Below are positions 43,546 through 58,800 of a stretch of 64,000 nt of DNA, piece after piece. Every line of letters starts with the position of its first letter. The stretch's first letter is position 1. The stretch comes from Macrostomum lignano. Taxonomy: Eukaryota. The notes below the pieces were generated by a model. The model saw only the letters and a list, made by a program, of their open reading frames with translations. It was not told the origin of the DNA and made no database searches. Location of the stretch: positions 1-64,000 of the forward strand of contig NIVC01000201.1 in assembly GCA_002269645.1 (NCBI GenBank). The letters run 5' to 3'. Made by a program: the position numbers and the translations under genes.

Positions 43546-46500
43546 AGAGTCTTTGAGCTATGGTCTTTTAAAGGTTTTGTAAAGAATTTGGAGACGATTT
43601 GGAAGATAGGGTTCAAGGCATGGAACTTCAGTTGATGGATATTTCAGGAAATGGAATTCCGGTGATGGGAGTTCTTCCCCTTTCTCCTCCGAAGGAGGAG
43701 TTCCACTCGTATATACTAAAGCTGACGTCGTGGTCCGGTGGTAGGGTGGGCCGGTGGGCCGGGTTTGTCGACGATCTCCTCCTAGGATTCTTGCAACTCA
43801 ACTTTCAAACCGGTACCAAAACATGTCAAATGTCCCGACGATGCTACAATTTAAAATTAATTTTCAAATTTCAATTTTAAGTGCTTCAAAAAAGCAGAAA
43901 ACAGCACAAACCAGACAGCCAGACCAGATGTCTATATATCGCATTCCATGGACTTCCCACTTGACGCTATTTTGTATGGTTGCGCCACAACTTTTCTCCT
44001 ATCTCTGCAGTGTATTTCATTTCAGCTGGGGGAGGGTCGCCGGCACTTGAGAATTGGCGGCCTACTTGCTCAGTGTTAAAAAGGGGTGGAGGTGCACACT
44101 GCGCGAGAATGGATGGCTTGATTTTTTAACTCATCACAGAGTGTACATTGCGCTCTGCAAGTAAGAAACGGGAAAACTTGCACCTTAATTTCTGCTTTTA
44201 ATTTTCAAGCTACAGAAAAGTGAATCACACCGTTGGAAAGAGTTTGAAAAACTGAACAGAATGGTATAATTTTCTGTTCCGAAATCTCAACTGCATCAGA
44301 GCAATTTGTCATAGAAAATTTCTTGCTTTCAATTTGTCAACCCTGGCTCACTGGCTGACTTTATAGATAATTGCGCAATGATATGGCTACTGATAAGTTT
44401 TCCTGCCTTTCAATGGGCAGTCCTGTGTATTTGTTGGACATTGAAATTCAATGCATCATCTTGCAAGCAGGCAGTGAACGTACACTCGATACTTCAATGC
44501 TATAAATCAGACAGTTTCAAACGCTAACTGTTCCTCGAGTTTTAAACTTTGAGAGGAGAAACTTATATTGCTGGCAAGATCTTGCAACGCTGAGTTCGGG
44601 GATATAAGTTGTTTGCTTTAAATATGAAAAGAAAAAGCACAGCATTTGAAAAACTATTTCCATACTTTTAACTTTCTGCAAAGATTGTACTTTAATCTGC
44701 AAAGATTGTTGGGGGGAGGGTTCAACTTCTCACTGCTGCTGTGTATTGGAGGGTTGATTTAGATTGCGCAATGTTTTTGTTAACTTTACCTGAGGCTGAT
44801 ACTGACTGACTGTGAAATCGGTTGCGCAATGAATTGATTCAATTAGTTCAATATTTTTATCTGTGCCTTTTAACACGAAGCTGTGCGTAGTTCTAACCCT
44901 AACCCTAATCCTAACCCTAACCCTAATGAATCTGGCGAGTTGAGTTGTTTGACGGAAAAAATTCGATTAAGTCAAGTTTAGCGGAGACGATTTCAATGTT
45001 TAAATTCTGACGGAGAAGATTTCTGTTTCGTGGAGAGGATTTCGATGGTGTTCAGTTTCACGAAAGGATTTCCATGGTGTTCAGTTTCACGGAGAGGATT
45101 TCGATCATGTTCAGCTTCACGGAGAGGCTTTCTGTTTCGCGGAGATAATTTATGATTGATTTCTGTTTTATGGAAACAATTTTGATGGATTTAAGTTTCA
45201 AGGAGAGGATTTCGAAGGAGTCCAGTTTCACTGAGAGGATTTCGATGGTTTTTAGTTGCACAGACAGGATTTTTGCTTCGCGGAGAGGATCTTGATGGAT
45301 TTGGCATCTTCAATCAGTCAGAGAAGAGAGTAAAGAGAAGACTGAAAAGAGAAGAGAGAAGAGATGATAGAAAACAGAGTATAATTGAGTGGAGAGATTA
45401 GACATGACAGATTGGAGATGATCGGAGAGAGAATAGATGAGGGATAAGAGCGTACAGAGGCAATAGAAGAGAGGGGAGAGTAGAGGAGAAAAAAGAGTGA
45501 GATGAGGAGATGAGGGATGAGAGAGGAGGGGAGAGAGGAGACAGGAGAGAGTACAGACGAAAGACTAGGGAGAAGATATAAATAAGGTAGTAAAGATGAG
45601 AGGAGAGAGAGGAGAGAGAAGCGAAAGGAGAAGAGAGTGAGGAGAGAGGAGAGAGATGAAAGGAGCAAGGAAAGGAGAAAAGAGAGAATGGAGAGAATAG
45701 AAAAGAGAGAGAGAAGAGACAGGGGATAGTGAAAAGGAGGAAGAAAGATGGGAGACAAGAAAGTAGTGTCAGAGCGTATATGAAATATGAGAAATGAGAG
45801 CAGAGAGAAGAGAAAAGAGAAGAGAGAGAGAGAGGGTTAAGAGAGACGATAGATAAGTGAGTAGAGATGACATATGAGAGAGGAGAGAAGAGGGAGAGAT
45901 AAGAGTGAAGAGAGGAGACAGAAGACAGGAGAAGGTACAGACGAAAGACGAGGGAGAAGAGATAAATAAGGGAGCAGGGGTAGAGATGAGATGAGAGAGA
46001 GGAGAGAGGAGATATGAGAGACTTGAGAGTCTTTGAGCTATGGTCTTTGAAAGATTTTGTAAAGAATTTGGAGACGATTTGGAAGATAGGGTTAAAGACA
46101 GAAGATAGATAGGGTTGATAGGTTTGGAAGATAGGGTTGATGGATATTTCAGGGAATAGAATTCCGGTGATGGGAGTTCTTCCCCTTTCTCCTCCGAAGG
46201 AGGAGTTCCACTCGTATATACTAAAAATGGTCTGTCTGTGTCTATGTGATCGATTAGAGAAAAAATGGCTGGACCAATTTTGTTCGAACTTGCACTGTTC
46301 GATCAGAAATTTTCCCGTGACTGTACATGCATCGTGGCTAAGAAATTGCTCGATGCTAAAGGCATTAAATATTCGAAAAACATGCTTTTTTGCAAAGGTC
46401 AAGCAGCTCTTTCGACTTGAAATGCATTGTAAGAATGCTAGAGAACAAACTGACTGGTTGAATTCTGATTCTGAAATAGATTGCATCATAACTGAATTGT

Positions 46501-46816
46501 AACTCCGACTTGAATTGAAAATGCAGTGTGGAAGCGTAGCACCAGAATTGCGTAACCATATTATTAACTGATACTGACTGACTGAGAAACTGATTATGTC
46601 ATAACTGCTTCGTGTGATTTACTCTATGCTTGGATTTTCAAGTGTTGAATTATATAAGTGCAAAATTTAATGTTATCAAAACGATGAGAGCTAGGCTAGA
46701 GGTGAACAAACTGAACTGCTAAATGCAGAGACGATGGTTCGAATTTTCATAGAGTATAATTTTTTTAATTAAAGCTTTTCAACGTCAGGAAAACTAAAAT
46801 ACTTTTAAAAAAGAAT

Positions 46817-49800
46817 CGTCATGTAAAAATCATAGAAGCGTCATGTAAAAAATCATAGAAGCGTCATGTAAACAATCATAGAAGCGTCATGTAAAAATCA
46901 TAGAAGCGTCATGTAAACAATCATAGAAGCGTCATGTGAAAATCATAAAAGCGTCACGTAAAGAATCATAGAAGCGTCATGTAAACAATCATAGAAGCGT
47001 CATGTAAAAAATCATAGAAGCGTCACGTAAACAATCATAAAGCGTCATGTAAAAATCATAGAAGCGTCATGTAAACAATCATAGAAGCGTCATGTAAACA
47101 ATCATAGAAGCGTCATGTAAAAAATCATAGAAGCGTCATGTAAACAATCATAGAAGTGTCATGTAAACAATCATAGAAGTGTCATGTAAAAAATCATAGA
47201 AGCGTCATGTAAACAATCATAGAAGCGTCATGTAAACAATCATAGAAGCGTCATGTAAACAATCATAGAAGCGTCATGTAAACAATCATAGAAGCGTCAT
47301 GTAAAAAATCATAGAAGCGTCATGTAAACAATCATAGAAGCGTCATGTAAAAAATCGTAGAAGCGTCATATAAAAATCATAGAAGCGTCATGTAAACAAT
47401 CATAAAAGCGTCATGTAAACAATCATAGAAGCGTCATGTAAAAAATCATAGAAGCGTCACGTAAAGAATCGTAGAAGCGTCATGTAAAAAGTCATAGAAG
47501 CGTTATGTAAAAAATCATAGAAGCGTCATGTAAAAAATCATAGAAGCGTCATGTAAACAATCATAGAAGCGTCATGTAAAAATCATAGAAGCGTCATGTA
47601 AACAATCATAGAAGCGTCATGTAAAAATCATAGAAGCGTCATGTAAACAATCATAGAAGCGTCATGTGAAAATCATAAAGCGTCATGTAAACAATCATAG
47701 AAGCGTCATGTAAACAATCATAGAAGCGTCATGTAAAAATCATAGAAGCGTCATATAAAAATCATAGAAGCGTCATGTAAAAAATCATAGAAGCGTCATG
47801 TAAACAATCATAGAAGCATCATGTAAACAATCATAGAAGCGTCATGTAAACAATCATAAAGCGTCATGTAAACAATCATAGAAGCGTCATGTAAACAATC
47901 ATAGAAGCGTCATGTAAACAATCATAGAAGCGTCATGTAAAAAATCATAGAAGCGTCATGTAAACAATCATAGAAGCGTCATGTAAACAATCATAGAAGC
48001 GTCATGTAAACAATCATAAAGCGTCATGTAAACAATCATAGAAGCGTCATGTAAACAATCATAGAAGCGTCATGTAAACAATCATAGAAGCGTCATGTAA
48101 AAAATCATAAAAGCGTCATGTAAAAATCGTAGAAGCGTCATGTAAACAATCATAGAAGCGTCATGTAAAAAATCATAGAAGCGTCATGTAAACAATCATA
48201 GAAGCGTCATGTAAACAATCATAGAAGCGTCATGTAAACAATCATAAAGCGTCATGTAAACAATCATAGAAGCGTCATGTAAACAATCATAGAAGCGTCA
48301 TGTAAACAATCATAGAAGCGTCATGTAAAAAATCATAGAAGCGTCATGTAAACAATCATAGAAGCGTCATGTAAACAATCATAGAAGCGTCATGTAAACA
48401 ATCATAGAAGCGTCATGTAAAAAATCATAGAAGCGTCATGTAAACAATCATAGAAGCGTCATGTAAAAAATCATAGAAGCGTCATATAAAAATCATAGAA
48501 GCGTCATGTAAACAATCATAAAGCGTCATGTAAACAATCATAGAAGCGTCATGTAAAAAATCATAGAAGCGTCATGTAAAAATCATAGAAGCGTCATGTA
48601 AAAATCATAGAAGCGTCATGTAAAAAATCATAGAAGCGTCATGTAAAAAATCATAGAAGCGTCATATAAAAATCATAGAAGCGTCATTAAAAATCATAAA
48701 GCGTCATGTAAAAATCATAGAAGCGTCATGTAAAAATCATAGAAGCGTCATATAAAAATCATAGAAGCGTCATGTAAACAATCATAGAAGCGTCATGTAA
48801 AAAATCATAGAAGCGTCATGTAAACAATCATAGAAGCGTCATGTAAACAATCATAAAGCGTCATGTAAACAATCATAGAAGCGTCATGTAAACAATCATA
48901 GAAGCGTCATGTAAACAATCATAGAAGCGTCATGTAAAAAATCATAGAAGCGTCATGTAAACAATCATAGAAGCGTCATGTAAACAATCATAGAAGCGTC
49001 ATGTAAACAATCATAGAAGCGTCATGTAAAAAATCATAGAAGCGTCATGTAAACAATCATAGAAGCGTCATGTAAAAATCATAGAAGCGTCATGTAAAAA
49101 TCATAGAAGCGTCATGTAAACAATCATAGAAGCGTCATGTAAACAATCATAGAAGCGTCATGTAAAAATCATAGAAGCGTCATGTAAAAATCATAGAAGC
49201 GTCATGTAAAAATCATAGAAGCGTCATGTAAAAAATCATAGAAGCGTCATGTAAAAAATCATAGAAGCGTCATGAAAATCATAGAAGCGTCATTAAAAAA
49301 TCATAAAGCGTCATGTAAAAAATCATAGAAGCGTCATGTAAAAATCATAGAAGCGTCATATAAAAATCATAGAAGCGTCATGTAAACAATCATAGAAGCG
49401 TCATGTAAACAATCATAGAAGCGTCATGTAAACAATCATAGAAGCGTCATGTAAAAATCATAGAAGCGTCATGTAAACAATCATAGAAGCGTCATGTAAA
49501 AATCATAAAGCGTCATGTAAAAATCATAGAAGCGTCATGTAAACAATCATAGAAGCGTCATGTAAACAATCATAGAAGCGTCATGTAAAAATCATAGAAG
49601 CGTCATGTAAAAATCATAGAAGCGTCATGTAAAAATCATAGAAGCGTCATGTAAAAAATCATAGAAGCGTCATGTAAAAATCATAGAAGCGTCATGTAAA
49701 CAATCATAGAAGCGTCATGTAAAAATCATAGAAGCGTCATGTAAACAATCATAGAAGCGTCATGTAAAAATCATAGAAGCGTCATGTAAACAATCATAGA

Positions 49801-52800
49801 AGCGTCATGTAAAAATCATAGAAGCGTCATGTAAACAATCATAGAAGCGTCATGTAAACAATCATAGAAGCGTCATGTAAAAATCATAGAAGCGTCATGT
49901 AAAAATCATAGAAGCGTCATGTAAAAATCATAGAAGCGTCATGTAAACAATCATAGAAGCGTCATGTAAACAATCATAGAAGCGTCATGTAAACAATCAT
50001 AGAAGCGTCATGTAAACAATCATAGAAGCGTCATGTAAACAATCATAGAAGCGTCATGTAAACAATCATAGAAGCGTCATGTAAAAATCATAGAAGCGTC
50101 ATGTAAACAATCATAGAAGCGTCATGTAAACAATCATAGAAGCGTCATGTAAACAATCATAGAAGCGTCATGTAAACAATCATAGAAGCGTCATGTAAAC
50201 AATCATAGAAGCGTCATGTAAACAATCATAGAAGCGTCATGTAAAAATCATAGAAGCGTCATGTAAAAATCATAGAAGCGTCATGTAAACAATCATAGAA
50301 GCGTCATGTAAAAATCATAGAAGCGTCATGTAAACAATCATAGAAGCGTCATGTAAACAATCATAGAAGCGTCATGTAAACAATCATAGAAGCGTCATGT
50401 AAACAATCATAGAAGCGTCATGTAAACAATCATAGAAGCGTCATGTAAACAATCATAGAAGCGTCATGTAAAAAATCATAGAAGCGTCATGTAAACAATC
50501 ATAGAAGCGTCATGTAAAAATCATAGAAGCGTCATGTAAACAATCATAGAAGCGTCATGTAAAAATCATAGAAGCGTCATGTAAAAATCATAGAAGCGTC
50601 ATGTAAAAATCATAGAAGCGTCATGTAAAAATCATAGAAGCGTCATGTAAACAATCATAGAAGCGTCATGTAAAAATCATAGAAGCGTCATGTAAAAATC
50701 ATAGAAGCGTCATGTAAAAATCATAGAAGCGTCATGTAAAAATCATAGAAGCGTCATGTAAAAATCATAGAAGCGTCATGTAAAAATCATAGAAGCGTCA
50801 TGTAAAAATCATAGAAGCGTCATGTAAAAATCATAGAAGCGTCATGTAAAAATCATAGAAGCGTCATGTAAAAATCATAGAAGCGTCATGTAAACAATCA
50901 TAGAAGCGTCATGTAAAAATCATAGAAGCGTCATGTAAAAATCATAGAAGCGTCATGTAAACAATCATAGAAGCGTCATGTAAACAATCATAGAAGCGTC
51001 ATGTAAACAATCATAGAAGCGTCATGTAAACAATCATAGAAGCGTCATGTAAAAAATCATAGAAGCGTCATGTAAACAATCATAGAAGCGTCATGTAAAC
51101 AATCATAGAAGCGTCATGTAAACAATCATAGAAGCGTCATGTAAAAATCATAGAAGCGTCATGTAAACAATCATAGAAGCGTCATGTAAAAATCATAGAA
51201 GCGTCATGTAAAAATCATAGAAGCGTCATGTAAACAATCATAGAAGCGTCATGTAAACAATCATAGAAGCGTCATGTAAAAATCATAGAAGCGTCATGTA
51301 AAAATCATAGAAGCGTCATGTAAAAATCATAGAAGCGTCATGTAAAAATCATAGAAGCGTCATGTAAAAATCATAGAAGCGTCATGTAAAAATCATAGAA
51401 GCGTCATGTAAAAATCATAGAAGCGTCATGTAAAAAATCATAGAAGCGTCATGTAAAAATCATAGAAGCGTCATGTAAAAATCATAGAAGCGTCATGTAA
51501 ACAATCATAGAAGCGTCATGTAAAAATCATAGAAGCGTCATGTAAACAATCATAGAAGCGTCATGTAAAAATCATAGAAGCGTCATGTAAAAATCATAGA
51601 AGCGTCATGTAAAAATCATAGAAGCGTCATGTAAAAATCATAGAAGCGTCATGTAAACAATCATAGAAGCGTCATGTAAACAATCATAGAAGCGTCATGT
51701 AAAAATCATAGAAGCGTCATGTAAAAATCATAGAAGCGTCATGTAAAAATCATAGAAGCGTCATGTAAAAATCATAGAAGCGTCATGTAAAAATCATAGA
51801 AGCGTCATGTAAAAATCATAGAAGCGTCATGTAAAAATCATAGAAGCGTCATGTAAACAATCATAGAAGCGTCATGTAAAAATCATAGAAGCGTCATGTA
51901 AAAATCATAGAAGCGTCATGTAAAAATCATAGAAGCGTCATGTAAAAATCATAGAAGCGTCATGTAAAAATCATAGAAGCGTCATGTAAAAATCATAGAA
52001 GCGTCATGTAAACAATCATAGAAGCGTCATGTAAAAATCATAGAAGCGTCATGTAAACAATCATAGAAGCGTCATGTAAAAAATCATAGAAGCGTCATGT
52101 AAAAATCATAGAAGCGTCATGTAAACAATCATAGAAGCGTCATGTAAACAATCATAGAAGCGTCATGTAAAAATCATAGAAGCGTCATGTAAAAATCATA
52201 GAAGCGTCATGTAAAAATCATAGAAGCGTCATGTAAAAATCATAGAAGCGTCATGTAAAAATCATAGAAGCGTCATGTAAAAATCATAGAAGCGTCATGT
52301 AAAAATCATAGAAGCGTCATGTAAAAATCATAGAAGCGTCATGTAAAAATCATAGAAGCGTCATGTAAAAATCATAGAAGCGTCATGTAAACAATCATAG
52401 AAGCGTCATGTAAACAATCATAGAAGCGTCATGTAAACAATCATAGAAGCGTCATGTAAAAATCATAGAAGCGTCATGTAAACAATCATAGAAGCGTCAT
52501 GTAAAAAATCATAGAAGCGTCATGTAAAAATCATAGAAGCGTCATGTAAACAATCATAGAAGCGTCATGTAAACAATCATAGAAGCGTCATGTAAAAATC
52601 ATAGAAGCGTCATGTAAAAATCATAGAAGCGTCATGTAAAAATCATAGAAGCGTCATGTAAAAATCATAGAAGCGTCATGTAAAAATCATAGAAGCGTCA
52701 TGTAAAAATCATAGAAGCGTCATGTAAAAATCATAGAAGCGTCATGTAAACAATCATAGAAGCGTCATGTAAAAATCATAGAAGCGTCATGTAAACAATC

Positions 52801-55800
52801 ATAGAAGCGTCATGTAAAAATCATAGAAGCGTCATGTAAACAATCATAGAAGCGTCATGTAAAAATCATAGAAGCGTCATGTAAAAATCATAGAAGCGTC
52901 ATGTAAAAATCATAGAAGCGTCATGTAAAAATCATAGAAGCGTCATGTAAAAATCATAGAAGCGTCATGTAAACAATCATAGAAGCGTCATGTAAACAAT
53001 CATAGAAGCGTCATGTAAACAATCATAGAAGCGTCATGTAAAAATCATAGAAGCGTCATGTAAAAATCATAGAAGCGTCATGTAAAAATCATAGAAGCGT
53101 CATGTAAAAATCATAGAAGCGTCATGTAAACAATCATAGAAGCGTCATGTAAAAATCATAGAAGCGTCATGTAAACAATCATAGAAGCGTCATGTAAACA
53201 ATCATAGAAGCGTCATGTAAACAATCATAGAAGCGTCATGTAAAAATCATAGAAGCGTCATGTAAAAATCATAGAAGCGTCATGTAAACAATCATAGAAG
53301 CGTCATGTAAAAATCATAGAAGCGTCATGTAAAAATCATAGAAGCGTCATGTAAAAATCATAGAAGCGTCATGTAAAAATCATAGAAGCGTCATGTAAAC
53401 AATCATAGAAGCGTCATGTAAACAATCATAGAAGCGTCATGTAAAAATCATAGAAGCGTCATGTAAAAATCATAGAAGCGTCATGTAAACAATCATAGAA
53501 GCGTCATGTAAAAATCATAGAAGCGTCATGTAAAAATCATAGAAGCGTCATGTAAAAATCATAGAAGCGTCATGTAAACAATCATAGAAGCGTCATGTAA
53601 AAATCATAGAAGCGTCATGTAAAAATCATAGAAGCGTCATGTAAAAATCATAGAAGCGTCATGTAAAAATCATAGAAGCGTCATGTAAAAATCATAGAAG
53701 CGTCATGTAAAAATCATAGAAGCGTCATGTAAAAATCATAGAAGCGTCATGTAAAAATCATAGAAGCGTCATGTAAAAATCATAGAAGCGTCATGTAAAA
53801 ATCATAGAAGCGTCATGTAAAAATCATAGAAGCGTCATGTAAAAATCATAGAAGCGTCATGTAAAAATCATAGAAGCGTCATGTAAACAATCATAGAAGC
53901 GTCATGTAAAAATCATAGAAGCGTCATGTAAAAATCATAGAAGCGTCATGTAAAAATCATAGAAGCGTCATGTAAAAATCATAGAAGCGTCATGTAAACA
54001 ATCATAGAAGCGTCATGTAAAAATCATAGAAGCGTCATGTAAACAATCATAGAAGCGTCATGTAAAAATCATAGAAGCGTCATGTAAAAATCATAGAAGC
54101 GTCATGTAAACAATCATAGAAGCGTCATGTAAAAATCATAGAAGCGTCATGTAAAAATCATAGAAGCGTCATGTAAACAATCATAGAAGCGTCATGTAAA
54201 AATCATAGAAGCGTCATGTAAAAATCATAGAAGCGTCATGTAAAAATCATAGAAGCGTCATGTAAAAATCATAGAAGCGTCATGTAAAAATCATAGAAGC
54301 GTCATGTAAAAATCATAGAAGCGTCATGTAAAAATCATAGAAGCGTCATGTAAAAATCATAGAAGCGTCATGTAAAAATCATAGAAGCGTCATGTAAAAA
54401 TCATAGAAGCGTCATGTAAAAATCATAGAAGCGTCATGTAAAAATCATAGAAGCGTCATGTAAAAATCATAGAAGCGTCATGTAAAAATCATAGAAGCGT
54501 CATGTAAAAATCATAGAAGCGTCATGTAAAAATCATAGAAGCGTCATGTAAAAATCATAGAAGCGTCATGTAAAAATCATAGAAGCGTCATGTAAACAAT
54601 CATAGAAGCGTCATGTAAACAATCATAGAAGCGTCATGTAAAAATCATAGAAGCGTCATGTAAACAATCATAGAAGCGTCATGTAAAAATCATAGAAGCG
54701 TCATGTAAACAATCATAGAAGCGTCATGTAAAAATCATAGAAGCGTCATGTAAAAATCATAGAAGCGTCATGTAAAAATCATAGAAGCGTCATGTAAAAA
54801 TCATAGAAGCGTCATGTAAAAATCATAGAAGCGTCATGTAAACAATCATAGAAGCGTCATGTAAAAATCATAGAAGCGTCATGTAAAAATCATAGAAGCG
54901 TCATGTAAAAATCATAGAAGCGTCATGTAAAAATCATAGAAGCGTCATGTAAAAATCATAGAAGCGTCATGTAAAAATCATAGAAGCGTCATGTAAAAAT
55001 CATAGAAGCGTCATGTAAAAATCATAGAAGCGTCATGTAAAAATCATAGAAGCGTCATGTAAAAATCATAGAAGCGTCATGTAAAAATCATAGAAGCGTC
55101 ATGTAAAAAATCATAGAAGCGTCATGTAAAAATCATAGAAGCGTCATGTAAAAATCATAGAAGCGTCATGTAAAAATCATAGAAGCGTCATGTAAAAATC
55201 ATAGAAGCGTCATAGAAGCGTCATGTAAAAATCATAGAAGCGTCATGTAAAAATCATAGAAGCGTCATGTAAAAATCATAGAAGCGTCATGTAAAAATCA
55301 TAGAAGCGTCATGTAAAAATCATAGAAGCGTCATGTAAAAATCATAGAAGCGTCATGTAAAAATCATAGAAGCGTCATGTAAAAATCATAGAAGCGTCAT
55401 GTAAAAATCATAGAAGCGTCATGTAAACAATCATAGAAGCGTCATGTAAAAATCATAGAAGCGTCATGTAAAAATCATAGAAGCGTCATGTAAAAATCAT
55501 AGAAGCGTCATGTAAAAATCATAGAAGCGTCATGTAAAAATCATAGAAGCGTCATGTAAAAATCATAGAAGCGTCATGTAAAAATCATAGAAGCGTCATG
55601 TAAAAATCATAGAAGCGTCATGTAAAAATCATAGAAGCGTCATGTAAAAATCATAGAAGCGTCATGTAAAAATCATAGAAGCGTCATGTAAAAATCATAG
55701 AAGCGTCATGTAAAAATCATAGAAGCGTCATGTAAAAATCATAGAAGCGTCATGTAAAAATCATAGAAGCGTCATGTAAAAATCATAGAAGCGTCATGTA

Positions 55801-58800
55801 AAAATCATAGAAGCGTCATGTAAAAATCATAGAAGCGTCATGTAAAAATCATAGAAGCGTCATGTAAAAATCATAGAAGCGTCATGTAAAAATCATAGAA
55901 GCGTCATGTAAAAATCATAGAAGCGTCATGTAAAAATCATAGAAGCGTCATGTAAAAATCATAGAAGCGTCATGTAAAAATCATAGAAGCGTCATGTAAA
56001 AATCATAGAAGCGTCATGTAAAAATCATAGAAGCGTCATGTAAAAATCATAGAAGCGTCATGTAAAAATCATAGAAGCGTCATGTAAAAATCATAGAAGC
56101 GTCATGTAAAAATCATAGAAGCGTCATGTAAAAATCATAGAAGCGTCATGTAAAAATCATAGAAGCGTCATGTAAAAATCATAGAAGCGTCATGTAAAAA
56201 TCATAGAAGCGTCATGTAAAAATCATAGAAGCGTCATGTAAAAATCATAGAAGCGTCATGTAAAAATCATAGAAGCGTCATGTAAAAATCATAGAAGCGT
56301 CATGTAAAAATCATAGAAGCGTCATGTAAAAATCATAGAAGCGTCATGTAAAAATCATAGAAGCGTCATGTAAAAATCATAGAAGCGTCATGTAAAAATC
56401 ATAGAAGCGTCATGTAAAAATCATAGAAGCGTCATGTAAAAATCATAGAAGCGTCATGTAAAAATCATAGAAGCGTCATGTAAAAATCATAGAAGCGTCA
56501 TGTAAAAATCATAGAAGCGTCATGTAAAAATCATAGAAGCGTCATGTAAAAATCATAGAAGCGTCATGTAAAAATCATAGAAGCGTCATGTAAAAATCAT
56601 AGAAGCGTCATGTAAAAATCATAGAAGCGTCATGTAAAAATCATAGAAGCGTCATGTAAAAAATCATAGAAGCGTCATGTAAAAATCATAGAAGCGTCAT
56701 GTAAAAATCATAGAAGCGTCATGTAAAAATCATAGAAGCGTCATGTAAAAATCATAGAAGCGTCATGTAAAAATCATAGAAGCGTCATGTAAAAATCATA
56801 GAAGCGTCATGTAAAAATCATAGAAGCGTCATGTAAAAATCATAGAAGCGTCATGTAAAAATCATAGAAGCGTCATGTAAAAATCATAGAAGCGTCATGT
56901 AAAAATCATAGAAGCGTCATGTAAAAATCATAGAAGCGTCATGTAAAAATCATAGAAGCGTCATGTAAAAATCATAGAAGCGTCATGTAAAAATCATAGA
57001 AGCGTCATGTAAACAATCATAGAAGCGTCATGTAAAAATCATAGAAGCGTCATGTAAAAATCATAGAAGCGTCATGTAAAAATCATAGAAGCGTCATGTA
57101 AAAATCATAGAAGCGTCATGTAAAAATCATAGAAGCGTCATGTAAAAAATCATAGAAGCGTCATGTAAAAATCATAGAAGCGTCATGTAAAAATCATAGA
57201 AGCGTCATGTAAAAATCATAGAAGCGTCATGTAAAAATCATAGAAGCGTCATGTAAAAATCATAGAAGCGTCATGTAAAAATCATAGAAGCGTCATGTAA
57301 AAATCATAGAAGCGTCATGTAAAAATCATAGAAGCGTCATGTAAAAATCATAGAAGCGTCATGTAAAAATCATAGAAGCGTCATGTAAAAATCATAGAAG
57401 CGTCATGTAAAAATCATAGAAGCGTCATGTAAAAATCATAGAAGCGTCATGTAAAAATCATAGAAGCGTCATGTAAAAATCATAGAAGCGTCATGTAAAA
57501 ATCATAGAAGCGTCATGTAAAAATCATAGAAGCGTCATGTAAAAATCATAGAAGCGTCATGTAAAAAATCATAGAAGCGTCATGTAAAAATCATAGAAGC
57601 GTCATGTAAAAAATCATAGAAGCGTCATGTAAAAATCATAGAAGCGTCATGTAAAAATCATAGAAGCGTCATGTAAAAATCATAGAAGCGTCATGTAAAA
57701 ATCATAGAAGCGTCATGTAAAAATCATAGAAGCGTCATGTAAAAATCATAGAAGCGTCATGTAAAAATCATAGAAGCGTCATGTAAAAATCATAGAAGCG
57801 TCATGTAAAAATCATAGAAGCGTCATGTAAAAATCATAGAAGCGTCATGTAAAAATCATAGAAGCGTCATGTAAAAATCATAGAAGCGTCATGTAAAAAT
57901 CATAGAAGCGTCATGTAAAAATCATAGAAGCGTCATGTAAAAATCATAGAAGCGTCATGTAAAAATCATAGAAGCGTCATGTAAAAATCATAGAAGCGTC
58001 ATGTAAAAATCATAGAAGCGTCATGTAAAAATCATAGAAGCGTCATGTAAAAATCATAGAAGCGTCATGTAAAAATCATAGAAGCGTCATGTAAAAATCA
58101 TAGAAGCGTCATGTAAAAATCATAGAAGCGTCATGTAAAAATCATAGAAGCGTCATGTAAAAATCATAGAAGCGTCATGTAAAAATCATAGAAGCGTCAT
58201 GTAAAAATCATAGAAGCGTCATGTAAAAATCATAGAAGCGTCATGTAAAAATCATAGAAGCGTCATGTAAAAATCATAGAAGCGTCATGTAAAAATCATA
58301 GAAGCGTCATGTAAAAATCATAGAAGCGTCATGTAAAAATCATAGAAGCGTCATGTAAAAATCATAGAAGCGTCATGTAAAAATCATAGAAGCGTCATGT
58401 AAAAATCATAGAAGCGTCATGTAAAAATCATAGAAGCGTCATGTAAAAATCATAGAAGCGTCATGTAAAAATCATAGAAGCGTCATGTAAAAATCATAGA
58501 AGCGTCATGTAAAAATCATAGAAGCGTCATGTAAAAATCATAGAAGCGTCATGTAAAAATCATAGAAGCGTCATGTAAAAATCATAGAAGCGTCATGTAA
58601 AAATCATAGAAGCGTCATGTAAAAATCATAGAAGCGTCATGTAAAAATCATAGAAGCGTCATGTAAAAATCATAGAAGCGTCATGTAAAAATCATAGAAG
58701 CGTCATGTAAAAATCATAGAAGCGTCATGTAAAAATCATAGAAGCGTCATGTAAAAATCATAGAAGCGTCATGTAAAAATCATAGAAGCGTCATGTAAAA

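Larger units (their letters stand above)
36090..46810. mobile_element. Mosaic of non-autonomous repeats, including Helitron-like 5' ends (T(A)ATACTAAA followed by TGTCTG-type runs at about 36095, 40973, 43710, 46215) and duplicated modules
   Basis: Near-identical 488-bp copies at 40973-41460 and 43710-44198. One module occurs at about 36560-37270, 41820-42600 and 44400-45320; another at 38440-38660 and 46545-46750. No transposase or RepHel ORF. The Helitron assignment is by resemblance only. Confidence 0.5.

Noticed and set aside
36795-46559. Long Pro/Ser/Leu-rich ORFs (36795-37604, 39823-40728, 42599-43616, 45398-46489)
   Set aside because: Low-complexity G-rich and GA-rich tracts and repeat fragments lacking stops; no conserved motifs.
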